DNA of 64,000 bases from Gammaproteobacteria bacterium (GCA_040882865.1 JBBEAN010000003.1:33085-97084); one strand, 5' to 3'. Shown: positions 21,699 through 30,732, counted from the first letter of the stretch. Numbers and translations are program-made. The notes: generated by a model not told the origin, from the letters alone.

Positions 21699-22285
21699 AC
21701 CGCATCGTCCTCGCGAGCGGCAATGCGAAGAAGTTGAAGGAACTGACCGCGGTGCTAGCGAACCTCGGTACCGAAGTGGTTCCGCAATCGGAATTCGGGG
21801 TCGCAGACGCGGTGGAGGACGGCGATTCGTTCGTCGCGAACGCATTGATCAAGGCGCGGCACGCGGCTCAGGCGACCGGCTTGCCCGCGGTCGCGGACGA
21901 CTCTGGACTGTGCGTCGATGCGCTCGATGGCGCGCCCGGCGTGTATTCAGCGCGGTATGCCGGGCCCGGCGCGGATGACGCGGCGAACAACGCGAAGCTC
22001 CTGCACGCGCTCGACGGCATCACGGACCGGCGGGCACATTACGTGTGCGTGATTGCTTTTGTGCGCGATGCAGACGACGACGAGCCAGTTCTGTGCGAGG
22101 GCCACTGGAATGGCGAGATCGGAATGGCGCCGGTGGGCGACGGCGGCTTCGGCTACGACCCACTGTTCTTCGTGCCGACGCACGGCTGCACCGCCGCGCA
22201 GCTCGACCCGGAGGAAAAGAACCGCCTCTCCCACCGCGGCCAGGCGCTCGCCGAATTCAAGCGCCGGTTCCACGTGGCCGGTTAA
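21695..22285 (+). CDS. rdgB: dITP/XTP pyrophosphatase (non-canonical purine NTP pyrophosphatase)
   Basis: [14 protein letters not shown] ... [21 protein letters not shown] ... FGYDPLF is the Ham1/RdgB pattern. It overlaps the rph stop. Confidence 0.94.
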   Translation: MNRIVLASGNAKKLKELTAVLANLGTEVVPQSEFGVADAVEDGDSFVANALIKARHAAQATGLPAVADDSGLCVDALDGAPGVYSARYAGPGADDAANNAKLLHALDGITDRRAHYVCVIAFVRDADDDEPVLCEGHWNGEIGMAPVGDGGFGYDPLFFVPTHGCTAAQLDPEEKNRLSHRGQALAEFKRRFHVAG

Positions 22286-22575
22286 CCGCGGCTTAGAACA
22301 TGGCTCTCTTGGCTCGTGAGGCCAAAGGGCCATGGCAACCTTGCAAGGACGGCAACCGCCTGCCTTTGGCCAATCTCGCCGCGAGAGATGTCCACGCCGC
22401 GGTACCGGGCTTGCGCGAGAAGCATGCCGCGAAGCTGCGTAGCGTGGCTCGCACCTCGAAAGTGAGTCGGGTTCCCGGAGGCCACCCGTTGATTTTAAGG
22501 ACTGACAGCGAACGGCTCGAGGTGCGCAGCCCGTAGCGGCCGCGGAAGCTTGAACAGATGCGCGATAATCGCGGG

Positions 22576-23739
22576 ATGGCGCCGCTCCCCCTGACCCTGT
22601 ACGTGCACCTGCCGTGGTGCGTGCGCAAATGTCCGTACTGCGACTTCAATTCGCACGCGCTGATTGGCGACCTCCCCGAGCATACGTACATCCCGTCGCT
22701 ACTCGCGGACCTCGACGCCGAAGCCGCACGCGCCGAGGGCCGGCCCGTGCACGCGATTTTCTTCGGCGGCGGCACTCCGAGCCTGTTTTCGGCGCAGGCG
22801 ATCGGTGCCGTACTGGACCGCGCGGCCAGCCAGCTCGCGCTGACCGAAGATTGCGAGGTCACGCTCGAAGCGAATCCCGGCGCATCGGAATTCGGACGCT
22901 TCGCCGGCTATCACACGGCAGGCGTTAACCGCCTGTCGCTCGGCATCCAGTCGTTCGACAACGCGATGCTGACCGCTCTCGGCCGCATCCACGACAGCGC
23001 GGAAGCGGGCCAGGCGATTGACGCTGCAGCCCGCGCGGGATTCGCCCGCATCAACCTCGACTTGATGCACGGTCTCCCGGGCCAGACGCCGGCCGGCGCA
23101 GCGGCCGACCTTGATCGCGCGCTTGCGTACGACACCGGCCACCAGTCGTGGTACCAGCTCACGCTCGAGCCGAATACGGCGTTCCACCACTCGCCACCCG
23201 CATTGCCGGACGACGACTCGCTCGCTAGGATTCAGGACGCTGGCACCGAGCGCCTGGCGGCCGCAGGCTACGCGCAATATGAGGTGTCCGCTTGGGCCCG
23301 GCCGGGCGAAGAGAGCCGGCACAATCTCAACTATTGGCGGTTCGGCGACTACCTCGGTGTCGGCGCTGGCGCCCACGGCAAGCTCACTGGCGTGGATGGC
23401 CGCGTGGTTCGGCGTTGGAAGCTGCGCCACCCGCGTGCGTGGGCAAATCCGGCGGCACCCAAAATCGACGGCGAACAACGCCTCGACGCGCAGACGCTGC
23501 GCTTCGAATTCATGCTGAACGCGCTGCGCCTGCGAGAGGGGTTTGAGGAATCTTTGTTTCACGAGCGTACCGGCCTCGAGATTCTTTCAGATGAAACGCC
23601 ATGGCGCGAAGCGCGGACCCGCGGGCTCCTCGAATGTGTCGATCGTCGGTGGCGAGCGACGGAGCTCGGCTGGCGCTTCCTCGATGACCTGCAAACGCTG
23701 TTCCTGCCTCACCCAACTCAGGGAAATACCCTAATCTGA
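22576..23739 (+). CDS. hemW: radical SAM family heme chaperone HemW
   Basis: MAPLPLTLYVHLPWCVRKCPYCDFNSHAL aligns with the E. coli YggW/HemW start. I prefer ATG 22576 over the track start 22558. Confidence 0.92.
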   Translation: MAPLPLTLYVHLPWCVRKCPYCDFNSHALIGDLPEHTYIPSLLADLDAEAARAEGRPVHAIFFGGGTPSLFSAQAIGAVLDRAASQLALTEDCEVTLEANPGASEFGRFAGYHTAGVNRLSLGIQSFDNAMLTALGRIHDSAEAGQAIDAAARAGFARINLDLMHGLPGQTPAGAAADLDRALAYDTGHQSWYQLTLEPNTAFHHSPPALPDDDSLARIQDAGTERLAAAGYAQYEVSAWARPGEESRHNLNYWRFGDYLGVGAGAHGKLTGVDGRVVRRWKLRHPRAWANPAAPKIDGEQRLDAQTLRFEFMLNALRLREGFEESLFHERTGLEILSDETPWREARTRGLLECVDRRWRATELGWRFLDDLQTLFLPHPTQGNTLI

Positions 23740-23770
23740 CCGGCACTTGCGTCATCTCAGGTGATTTCCT

Positions 23771-23779
23771 TTATACACA
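23771..23779 (+). promoter_or_regulatory. DnaA box (TTATACACA, fits TTATNCACA)
   Basis: Read directly from the sequence. It lies upstream of the AT-rich tract in the hemW-rpmE spacer. Confidence 0.5.
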
Positions 23780-23847
23780 ACGCATCGCCGTCGAGACGTC
23801 ATCCAGCCACGCGCGTTGCGTGGCCGCAACAGTTTCACGTAGCTCGT

Positions 23848-23910
23848 CATAACTGTTTGTAATTAGAAGATAAAAAATCGTGTCGATGTTTTGACCGTTC
23901 TAACACAAAT
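23848..23910. other. AT-rich tract (about 30% G+C by hand count) between DnaA boxes
   Basis: CATAACTGTTTGTAATTAGAAGATAAAAAATCGTGTCGATGTTTTGACCGTTCTAACACAAAT has 19 G/C of 63 nt, inside a window that is about two-thirds G+C. Confidence 0.6.
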
Positions 23911-23947
23911 GGCACGCGGACGCGGACTTAGCGCACCTTCGCAGGGA

Positions 23948-23982
23948 CTGTCCACAGAGATATCCACAGAAAATGTGGATAA
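23948..23982. promoter_or_regulatory. cluster of three DnaA boxes within 35 bp
   Basis: The boxes are CTGTCCACA (23948-56), ATATCCACA (23960-68) and TGTGGATAA (23974-82). The last is a perfect TTATCCACA on the other strand. The last two form TATCCACA-GAAAA-TGTGGATA. Confidence 0.7.
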
Positions 23983-24061
23983 ATCTGAACCTCGTGGCCC
24001 AGCAGGGACTTAGGGATTCTTCGTCACAAAACGCCTTATAGAGGAGCGGTAACTCTCCCAG

Positions 24062-24090
24062 TTGCTTCCCCTCGGCGCGGACCGTATCAT
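24062..24090 (+). promoter_or_regulatory. candidate sigma70 promoter of rpmE (TTGCTT-N17-TATCAT)
   Basis: The hexamers and 17-nt spacing were read from the sequence. GAGGTG lies 8 nt upstream of ATG 24118. Confidence 0.5.
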
Positions 24091-24117
24091 ACGCGGCTCT
24101 TTTCGAGGTGGTGGAAC

Positions 24118-24333
24118 ATGAAGGCCGACATTCATCCTGGGTATAAGCAAATCAACGTGACCTGCAGCTGCGGCGAGGCCTTTGTCACGCGGTCGACGCT
24201 GGGTCAGGACCTCCAAATCGAGGTGTGCTCGCAGTGTCACCCGTTCTACACCGGCAAGCAGAAAATCGTGGACACGGGCGGTCGCGTCGACAAGTTCCGT
24301 CGCCGCTATGGTGCGGGTGCGAAAAGCGCCTGA
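24118..24333 (+). CDS. rpmE: 50S ribosomal protein L31 (Zn-ribbon, C+ type)
   Basis: [49 protein letters not shown] is canonical L31 with both Cys pairs. Confidence 0.97.
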   Translation: MKADIHPGYKQINVTCSCGEAFVTRSTLGQDLQIEVCSQCHPFYTGKQKIVDTGGRVDKFRRRYGAGAKSA

Positions 24334-25121
24334 TGCCGTCAGGCACAGCCGTGCTGCACGCGACAGGCGCCTTCGGGCGCCTGTTTGCGTTATGGCTGTT
24401 AGGCTGCGCGGCCGTCGTCGCCGACCCGTGTCTCGCGCCCCCGATGGCCGAGACTGTCGAGGTTCGGCGTGTCGTGGACGGTGACACGCTGCTGCTCAAC
24501 GATGGTCGCCGCGTGCGCATGGTCGGTCTCGACGCTCCGGAGCTCGGGCGCGACGGCACGCCACACGCACCTTACGCCCTCGAAGCGCGTGCGCACCTCG
24601 TTACGCTCGTCGAACTCGCGAACGGCCAAGTCTTTCTGAGTGGTGACGCGCTCGATCGCTATGGTCGCGTACTCGCCGTCGCGTACAGCGAGCGTCACGG
24701 TGACCTCGCGGCGCACCTGCTGCGCAATGGGTTTGCGTTTGTCGCGCCGGTGCCACCGAACCTCACGGGGTCACCCTGCCAGCGAACCGCAGAGCGGCAA
24801 GCACGCGACGCGGGCGTTGGGGTGTGGCGCGACGGCGCTGTGCCGGTCGACGCTACGCAGCTGAACGCCACGGGTTTCGCGGTTGTCCGCGGCCGGAGCG
24901 GCGACTGGACGGTGCGCCGCGAAGATCGCCTGTTGTCATTCCGAGGCGGCTTCAGGGTTCGTATCCGCAACACCGATGCCGAGCGCTGGTTCAACGACAT
25001 CGATTTCGAGCGATACGCGCGCGCGCAGGTCGAAGTACGGGGATGGGTCCATCCGTGGGGTCGCGGCGGTCGTGCGATCACCGTCCAGCATCCGGCCGCA
25101 ATTGAAGTGGTCACCGACTGA
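24333..25121 (+). CDS. thermonuclease (staphylococcal nuclease-like) family protein, secreted
   Basis: Signal-like N-terminus followed by the SNase core VVDGDTLLLNDGRRVRMVGLDAPE ... DRYGRVLA ... LLRNGFA. ATG 24333 overlaps the rpmE TGA, and an extra C-terminal domain of about 110 aa is present. Confidence 0.8.
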   Translation: MPSGTAVLHATGAFGRLFALWLLGCAAVVADPCLAPPMAETVEVRRVVDGDTLLLNDGRRVRMVGLDAPELGRDGTPHAPYALEARAHLVTLVELANGQVFLSGDALDRYGRVLAVAYSERHGDLAAHLLRNGFAFVAPVPPNLTGSPCQRTAERQARDAGVGVWRDGAVPVDATQLNATGFAVVRGRSGDWTVRREDRLLSFRGGFRVRIRNTDAERWFNDIDFERYARAQVEVRGWVHPWGRGGRAITVQHPAAIEVVTD

Positions 25122-25129
25122 CATATAAT
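25102..25129 (+). promoter_or_regulatory. candidate sigma70 promoter of gltA (TTGAAG-N16-TATAAT)
   Basis: A perfect -10 TATAAT lies at 25124-25129 with -35 TTGAAG at 25102-25107. It sits in the last codons of the nuclease gene. Confidence 0.5.
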
Positions 25130-25163
25130 CGGTTTTTTGCATTTCTCAAGGGAGTTTCCACGC

Positions 25164-26459
25164 GTGAGCGAGAAGCGATTTGTGCTGACCAATCCGGCCG
25201 ACGGTAAAAACGTCGATCTGCCGCTCCGCGAAGGCACCGTGGGTCCCGCCGCCGTCGAAATCGGCGCGCTCTACCGACAGCAGGGGATTTTTACGTACGA
25301 CCCCGGCTTCGTGTCCACCGCGAGTTGCTCAAGCTCCATCACGTACATCGACGGCGAGCAAGGCATCCTGCTCTATCGCGGCTACCCCGTCGAGCAGCTC
25401 GCGCAGAAAAGCTCATTCATCGAGGTCACCTACCTGCTGCTGAACGGCGAACTTCCCACCAAGGCCCAGCTCGACGAATTCACGCACACGATTCAGTACC
25501 ACACGATGATCAAGGAAACGCTGAAGTACTTCTTCCGCGGCTTCCATCATGACGCACATCCGATGGCGATGCTGTCGTCCGTCGTGAGTTCACTGTCGGC
25601 GTTCTACCACGACACCACAGACATCTATGACCCGGTCGACCGTGACCTTTTTGCGTACCGCATCATCGCGAAAATGCCAACCATCGCGGCGGCCGCTTAC
25701 AAGCACAATGTCGGCCAGCCGTTTATCTACCCGCGCAACGATCTCGATTACTGCAGCAACCTCCTTCACATGTTCTTCTCCGTCCCAGCGGAGTCATATC
25801 AGATCGATCCCGTCGCGGCGGAAGCGCTCGACCTCCTGTTCATCCTGCACGCGGACCACGAACAGAACGCCTCGACATCGACGGTGCGCCTCGCAGGCAG
25901 CTCCGGCACCAACCCGTACGCGGCAATCGCCGCGGGTATCTCGACGCTGTGGGGACCGGCACACGGCGGGGCGAATGAAGCGGTCCTCGAGATGCTGGAC
26001 GAAATCGGCTCCGTGCAGAACATCGAGAAATTCATCGCCCGGGCGAAGGATAAGAACGACTCGTTCCGACTGATGGGCTTCGGCCACCGCGTGTACAAAA
26101 ACTACGACCCGCGCGCGAAAATCATCCGGACGATGTGCTACAAAGTGCTCGAGAAACTGGGCAAACAGGACGACCCGCTGCTCGAACTTGCGCTGCGCCT
26201 TGAGGAAATCGCGCTCAAGGACGACTACTTCGTCGAGAAAAAACTGTATCCGAACGTGGACTTCTATTCGGGCATCATCTACAAGGCACTCGGCATTCCG
26301 ACCAACATGTTCACGGTGATGTTCGCAATCGCCCGCTGCGTCGGCTGGGTCGCGCACTGGCGGGAAATGTTGTCCGACCCCGAAATGCGCATTGGACGTC
26401 CGCGCCAGATCTACACCGGCGCGCCATCACGCGACTATCAGCCCATCACCAAACGCTGA
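25164..26459 (+). CDS. gltA: citrate synthase (type II)
   Basis: Colinear with E. coli GltA ([31 protein letters not shown] ... [14 protein letters not shown]). GTG 25164 is preceded by AGGGAG, and the track TTG 25137 would sit at the predicted transcription start. Confidence 0.96.
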   Translation: MSEKRFVLTNPADGKNVDLPLREGTVGPAAVEIGALYRQQGIFTYDPGFVSTASCSSSITYIDGEQGILLYRGYPVEQLAQKSSFIEVTYLLLNGELPTKAQLDEFTHTIQYHTMIKETLKYFFRGFHHDAHPMAMLSSVVSSLSAFYHDTTDIYDPVDRDLFAYRIIAKMPTIAAAAYKHNVGQPFIYPRNDLDYCSNLLHMFFSVPAESYQIDPVAAEALDLLFILHADHEQNASTSTVRLAGSSGTNPYAAIAAGISTLWGPAHGGANEAVLEMLDEIGSVQNIEKFIARAKDKNDSFRLMGFGHRVYKNYDPRAKIIRTMCYKVLEKLGKQDDPLLELALRLEEIALKDDYFVEKKLYPNVDFYSGIIYKALGIPTNMFTVMFAIARCVGWVAHWREMLSDPEMRIGRPRQIYTGAPSRDYQPITKR

Positions 26460-26469
26460 GAACCGCGTC

Positions 26470-26498
26470 GTGAGAGCGACGCTCTCGGCGTCGCGATT
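26470..26498. repeat. REP-like element (single copy)
   Basis: GTGAGAGCGACGCTCTCGGCGTCGCGATT has the same GAGCGRCGC...GCGYCGCGA core with an internal GCGACGC/GCGTCGC stem as at 8861 and 41288. It lies between the convergent gene ends of gltA and the 26497 ORF. Confidence 0.6.
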
Positions 26499-27114
26499 AA
26501 GACCGCGCCACCAGTGCTTCAACCTCGCGTAGACCTGCCCGCGGCATCGGTCGCCCGTCAACGGCGCTCAGCGGCGCCTGCCTGATTTCCACAGTCGGAA
26601 AAATCGTGGCCTCGACCCGCACGTCGCCGGCAACGAACCGCAGCGCCGGGTAATCCGCGGCCCGTCCGTCGCCGTGTTTCACACGGTGGTTGGTTTCCTC
26701 ATACGGAATGCCGGTGCCCATAAGAAAGACCACGACGCGCTCGGGCGCATCGCTGAACAGGTGCAGCGTGACGGGCGACTCGGGGCTTGCGGTCCCTCGC
26801 AGCACGGGCCCGACGAGTCGCGGGTCGAACTCGGCGAATAGCGTCATCGCCTCTAGGGCGGCCTCGCGCAGATGCTGCAACCCACGCTCGAAGCCGTCAC
26901 CGCCGAACAGGCGCTGGTGCGCTTCAAGTGCTTCGTCGATTTCCCGGTTCGTCGGCATCGACTGGCCGCCCGGCGCCGCGCCGAGGCGCGCGGCCGCTTT
27001 TCGCTTCGCGGTGAGGAAATCGCGCACGCCCTCTTCGGCCATGATGCGAGCAGCCTCCTGCGCAATGGTCTGGCGCAGCGCTGCGCTGCGGATTGTGGGC
27101 TGGCGGCGCGTCAA
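26497..27114 (-). CDS. conserved hypothetical protein co-transcribed with mrcA
   Basis: 205-aa ORF with good GC3. Its TTG start overlaps the mrcA stop (TTGA). I cannot assign a family from the sequence alone. Confidence 0.6.
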   Translation of the reverse strand: MTRRQPTIRSAALRQTIAQEAARIMAEEGVRDFLTAKRKAAARLGAAPGGQSMPTNREIDEALEAHQRLFGGDGFERGLQHLREAALEAMTLFAEFDPRLVGPVLRGTASPESPVTLHLFSDAPERVVVFLMGTGIPYEETNHRVKHGDGRAADYPALRFVAGDVRVEATIFPTVEIRQAPLSAVDGRPMPRAGLREVEALVARS

Positions 27115-29558
27115 AACAGGATATCTTCGTCGCGTTCGCGGTCCTCGCTGCGATCGGCCGCCCGCGTTTCGGCCTCAAGGCGTTCGAGATCCTGGGCGCG
27201 GAAGTACTCGAAAATCGCCGCGGCGTCGCCGTTGGTCGCGAGGAGACCGGTTTCTGCGGAGATTCGTGCGGTGATGAGCCCGGGTGGTTGCACTTGGGGC
27301 GTTTCGGGGGCGCCGTCGGTCGAAACACGCATATAGTCGATCCACATCGGCAGCGCGGCGCGCCCGCCGTATTCGTTGGCGCCCATCGGTTGCGGCGTGT
27401 CATAGCCGACCCACGCGACCGCGACAACGCCGCCGCCGTATCCGGCGAACCAGGCGTCCGTATGGTCGTTTGTCGACCCGGTTTTGCCGGCGAGGTCGTT
27501 GCGCCCGAGCACAAGCGCCGCGCGGCCCGTGCCGCGGCTCACGACGTCGCGCAACATGTCGTCGGTGAGGAACGCGTTGTCGGCGCTGATGGCCCGCTCA
27601 GCTGGGCGAGTCGCGGGTTCCTCGGGCTCGACCAGCACGAATATCGGGTCCGGTTCGGCCGCGACAAGGGTCTCCGCCGCTGGCTCGGCCTCGCACTCAG
27701 GGCAGGCGGTCAATGGCCGATGCTCGAAGAGCACGACACCGTGCTGGTCTTCGATACGGGCGACGAGCCACGGTTCAACTTTGAAGCCGCCGTTCGCGAA
27801 GACTGAGTATGCGGTCGCCATCTCGAGCGGAGTGAACACCGCGGACCCCAATGCAAGGGACAAATCGCGGGGCATGCGGTCGCGCGGAAATCCGAACCGA
27901 CGCAGATGATTGATCGCGTTGCCGACGCCGATTGCGCGCAGGACCCGGATGGAGACGAGGTTTCGCGAGAACGTGAGCGCCTCCCGCAATCGTGTTGGCC
28001 CGTAGAACCGCCCGCTGTCATTGCTGGGCCGCCAGTCGCGTTCGAGCGCTTCATCCTCCTCGAAGACGACCGGCGCATCGTTGACGACGGTCGCGGCCGT
28101 GAAGCCACGCTCCAACGCGGCGGAGTAGATGAATGGCTTCAACGAGGAACCCGGCTGGCGCGTCGCCTGGGCCGCGCGGTTGTACTGGCTCACATAAAAG
28201 TCGTACCCGCCGATCAGCGCGAGTACCGCGCCGTCCTTCGCATCGAGTGATACAAGCGCCGCCTGCGCCTGCGGCAGCTGTGCGAGCCGCCAGCCCGAGC
28301 TGCCGCCCGCGTCGAGCATGTAGACGACATCTCCGACTGCAACGACCTCCGAGGCGGTCGTCGGAGGCGCGCCGATTCCTGCCTCGCCCACCGGGCGTGC
28401 CCACTCGAGCGACGGCCATGGCAGCTCCTGATACCGGCCGCCGCCAAGATATGCGCGCGCGCTTTGCGCCTCGACCGACACGATGAGGGCGGGAATCAAT
28501 AAGCCGGGCGCGCGCTGATCGACCAGAATCGCATCCCAAGCCGCTTCGTCGACCTCAGCGCCAAGTTCGACCGTGCGGACCGGGCCGCGATAGCCATGGC
28601 GGAAGTCGTAGTCGTGCAGGGCCTGACGCAGCGAGCGGTTCGCGGCGGCCTGGTAGTCGGCGTCGATGGTCGCGTAGACACGCAGGCCGCGCGTGTACGC
28701 GTCGGCGCCGTAGCGGGCGAGCATGTCGGAGCGCACCATCTCGGCGACGTACGGGGCCTCGATTTCCGCACCGGCAGTATGCAGGCGCGCTTCGAGCGGC
28801 TCCGCGAGCGCCGCTGTGTATTCTTCCTCGGAAATCCACCCGAGATGACGAAGGCGGCCGAGCACGTACGCGCGACGCTCCAGCAGCCGAGGCGTGTTGC
28901 TGACCGGGTTCGTCGCAGAGGGCCGCTGAGCAGTCGCCGCGAGAGATGCGACCTGCGCGATGGTCAACTCGTGGACATCGGCGTCGAAATACGTGCGGGC
29001 GGCGGCCGCTACTCCGTAAGCGCGGTTACCAAGAAAAATCTTGTTCAAATAAAGTGTCAGGATTTCCTGTTTCGTGAGCTCCCGCTCGATACGGAACGCC
29101 AGGAAAATCTCGCGGATCTTGCGGATGTAGGTCTTCTCGCGCGTCAGGAAGAATTCTCGCGTCAGCTGCATCGTGATCGTGCCGCCGCCCTGGCTCCTGT
29201 CTCCGGTCAGCAGGTGGTTCATGCCCGCTCGGAGCAGGCCTTGGTAATCGACACCCGGGTGCTGGAAAAAACGGTCGTCCTCAGCCGCGAGAAACGCGTC
29301 GACCACCCGCTGCGGGACCTCGTCCCAGTCCAACGGTTGTCGCTTCTGATCGCCAAATTCCGCAATGAGGCGACCGTCCCGCGTGAATACCCGCATCGGT
29401 TCCTGGAGCTGGACGTCCTTGAGGACCTCGACGGACGGCAGGCTCGGGGCCACATATAGGTACGCCCCAAGGACGGCCAGGAGACCGAGCACGCCCATGG
29501 CGAGCAGGCCCGTCAGCGCTAGGGTCCAAGGACGGCGGGGGAATTTCATCGCGCGCAT
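27111..29558 (-). CDS. mrcA: penicillin-binding protein 1A (bifunctional glycosyltransferase/transpeptidase)
   Basis: TM anchor, a GT51 domain (AEDDRFFQHPGVD ... GGGTITMQL) and a transpeptidase domain (SSLKP, SRN, KTGST). Start options are ATG 29558 or 29549, and the track start 29732 would overlap pilM. Confidence 0.95.
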   Translation of the reverse strand: MRAMKFPRRPWTLALTGLLAMGVLGLLAVLGAYLYVAPSLPSVEVLKDVQLQEPMRVFTRDGRLIAEFGDQKRQPLDWDEVPQRVVDAFLAAEDDRFFQHPGVDYQGLLRAGMNHLLTGDRSQGGGTITMQLTREFFLTREKTYIRKIREIFLAFRIERELTKQEILTLYLNKIFLGNRAYGVAAAARTYFDADVHELTIAQVASLAATAQRPSATNPVSNTPRLLERRAYVLGRLRHLGWISEEEYTAALAEPLEARLHTAGAEIEAPYVAEMVRSDMLARYGADAYTRGLRVYATIDADYQAAANRSLRQALHDYDFRHGYRGPVRTVELGAEVDEAAWDAILVDQRAPGLLIPALIVSVEAQSARAYLGGGRYQELPWPSLEWARPVGEAGIGAPPTTASEVVAVGDVVYMLDAGGSSGWRLAQLPQAQAALVSLDAKDGAVLALIGGYDFYVSQYNRAAQATRQPGSSLKPFIYSAALERGFTAATVVNDAPVVFEEDEALERDWRPSNDSGRFYGPTRLREALTFSRNLVSIRVLRAIGVGNAINHLRRFGFPRDRMPRDLSLALGSAVFTPLEMATAYSVFANGGFKVEPWLVARIEDQHGVVLFEHRPLTACPECEAEPAAETLVAAEPDPIFVLVEPEEPATRPAERAISADNAFLTDDMLRDVVSRGTGRAALVLGRNDLAGKTGSTNDHTDAWFAGYGGGVVAVAWVGYDTPQPMGANEYGGRAALPMWIDYMRVSTDGAPETPQVQPPGLITARISAETGLLATNGDAAAIFEYFRAQDLERLEAETRAADRSEDRERDEDILF

Positions 29559-29564
29559 TATCCT

Positions 29565-29583
29565 GCTAAATATTTGATTTAGC
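29565..29583. promoter_or_regulatory. AT-rich inverted repeat GCTAAAT-N5-ATTTAGC in the mrcA/pilM divergent region
   Basis: Perfect 7-bp arms read from the sequence. It lies 7 bp from the mrcA start and 85 bp upstream of pilM. Confidence 0.35.
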
Positions 29584-29667
29584 CAACCCGTGGTATATAG
29601 TTGGTCCGGGGTCTTAAAGCGTCTACACACAAATGGCTTCCAAGGTGCGGGTAGAGAACGAAAAATA

Positions 29668-30732
29668 ATGATGCCATTCGGCCGAAAATCGAAGCCGTTG
29701 ATCGGGCTGGACATCAGCTCGTCGGCGGTCAAGCTCGTGGAGCTCAGCCGTCAGGGGAATAGCTTCCGCGTCGAGGCGTATGCGGCGGAAGGCATGCCCG
29801 CGGGCGCCATCAACGAAAAATCGATTGTCGACGTCGACGCGGCAGCGGAAGCGGTCCGCAGGACGGTCAAGCGCGCCGGCACCAAGGTCAAGAACGCAGC
29901 AATCGCCATCGGCGGTGCGGCAGTCATCACGAAGGTCATCACCATGCCCGGCAATCTCAAAGATGCCGAGATGGGCGAGCAAATCGAGATGCAGGCGGAC
30001 CAGTACATCCCGTTCCCGCTCGAGGAAGTCAGCTACGACTACGAAATCATGGGTCCGTCGCGCGGGGACGGCGACCTCGTCGACGTTTTGCTCGCGGCGA
30101 CCCGTTCCGAGAACGTCGAACAACGCCAGGCGGTGCTTGACGCCGCTGGTCTGACCGCGAAAGTCGTGGACATCGAAGCGTATGCGCTCGAAAACGCGTG
30201 TCGGTTGCTCACTTGGCAAATGCCGGATCTCGGTGTCGAACGCACCATCGCAATCGTGGATTTCGGCGCGACGACAACCACCTTCAGCGTACTGAACGAC
30301 CTTCGGATCATCTACACGCGCGACCAGGCTTTCGGCGGGCGCCAACTGACCGAAGAAATCATGCGTCATTACGGCCTGAACTTCGAAGAAGCCGGCAAGG
30401 CGAAGAAGCATGGCGGCCTACCGGACAGCTACAACGAGGAGTTGTTGAACCCGTTCATGGAGGACATGGCTCAGCAGGTCAATCGCTCGCTGCAGTTTTT
30501 CCTCTCGTCGAACAGCGATTACGAGACGCTCGACCAGGTCATCATCTGCGGCGGCTGCTCTGCGATCAAAGGTGTCGACGACCTCATCGCTGAGCGGACG
30601 GGCGTCCCGACACTCGTCGGCAACCCGTTCGGCGAGATGAAGGTTTCGTCGGGTGCGAAAGCGCAGCTCGCGGAGAGCGATGCGGGAGCGCTGATGATTG
30701 CTTGCGGGCTCGCGCTGCGGAGCTTCGACTGA
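29668..30732 (+). CDS. pilM: type IV pilus assembly protein PilM
   Basis: PLIGLDISSSAVKLVEL... shows an actin-like ATPase fold. It is the first gene of pilMNOPQ. Confidence 0.94.
   Translation: MMPFGRKSKPLIGLDISSSAVKLVELSRQGNSFRVEAYAAEGMPAGAINEKSIVDVDAAAEAVRRTVKRAGTKVKNAAIAIGGAAVITKVITMPGNLKDAEMGEQIEMQADQYIPFPLEEVSYDYEIMGPSRGDGDLVDVLLAATRSENVEQRQAVLDAAGLTAKVVDIEAYALENACRLLTWQMPDLGVERTIAIVDFGATTTTFSVLNDLRIIYTRDQAFGGRQLTEEIMRHYGLNFEEAGKAKKHGGLPDSYNEELLNPFMEDMAQQVNRSLQFFLSSNSDYETLDQVIICGGCSAIKGVDDLIAERTGVPTLVGNPFGEMKVSSGAKAQLAESDAGALMIACGLALRSFD

Noticed and set aside
22300-22536. 78-aa ORF in the rdgB-hemW spacer as a real gene
   Set aside because: Third-position GC is mixed, unlike neighbouring genes. 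It has no Shine-Dalgarno sequence and I recognise no family. I kept it only as part of the unexplained-spacer finding.
23740-24117. Calling the hemW-rpmE spacer the chromosomal origin (oriC)
   Set aside because: Only four boxes and one AT-rich tract are visible. There are no repeated 13-mer-like elements and no dnaA, dnaN, gidA or rpmH neighbours. Skew cannot be assessed from 64 kb. I report it as a DnaA-box cluster of unknown role instead.
24010-24240. 76-aa minus-strand ORF overlapping the rpmE promoter and start
   Set aside because: It overlaps the certain rpmE gene and its promoter in antisense, with no supporting features.
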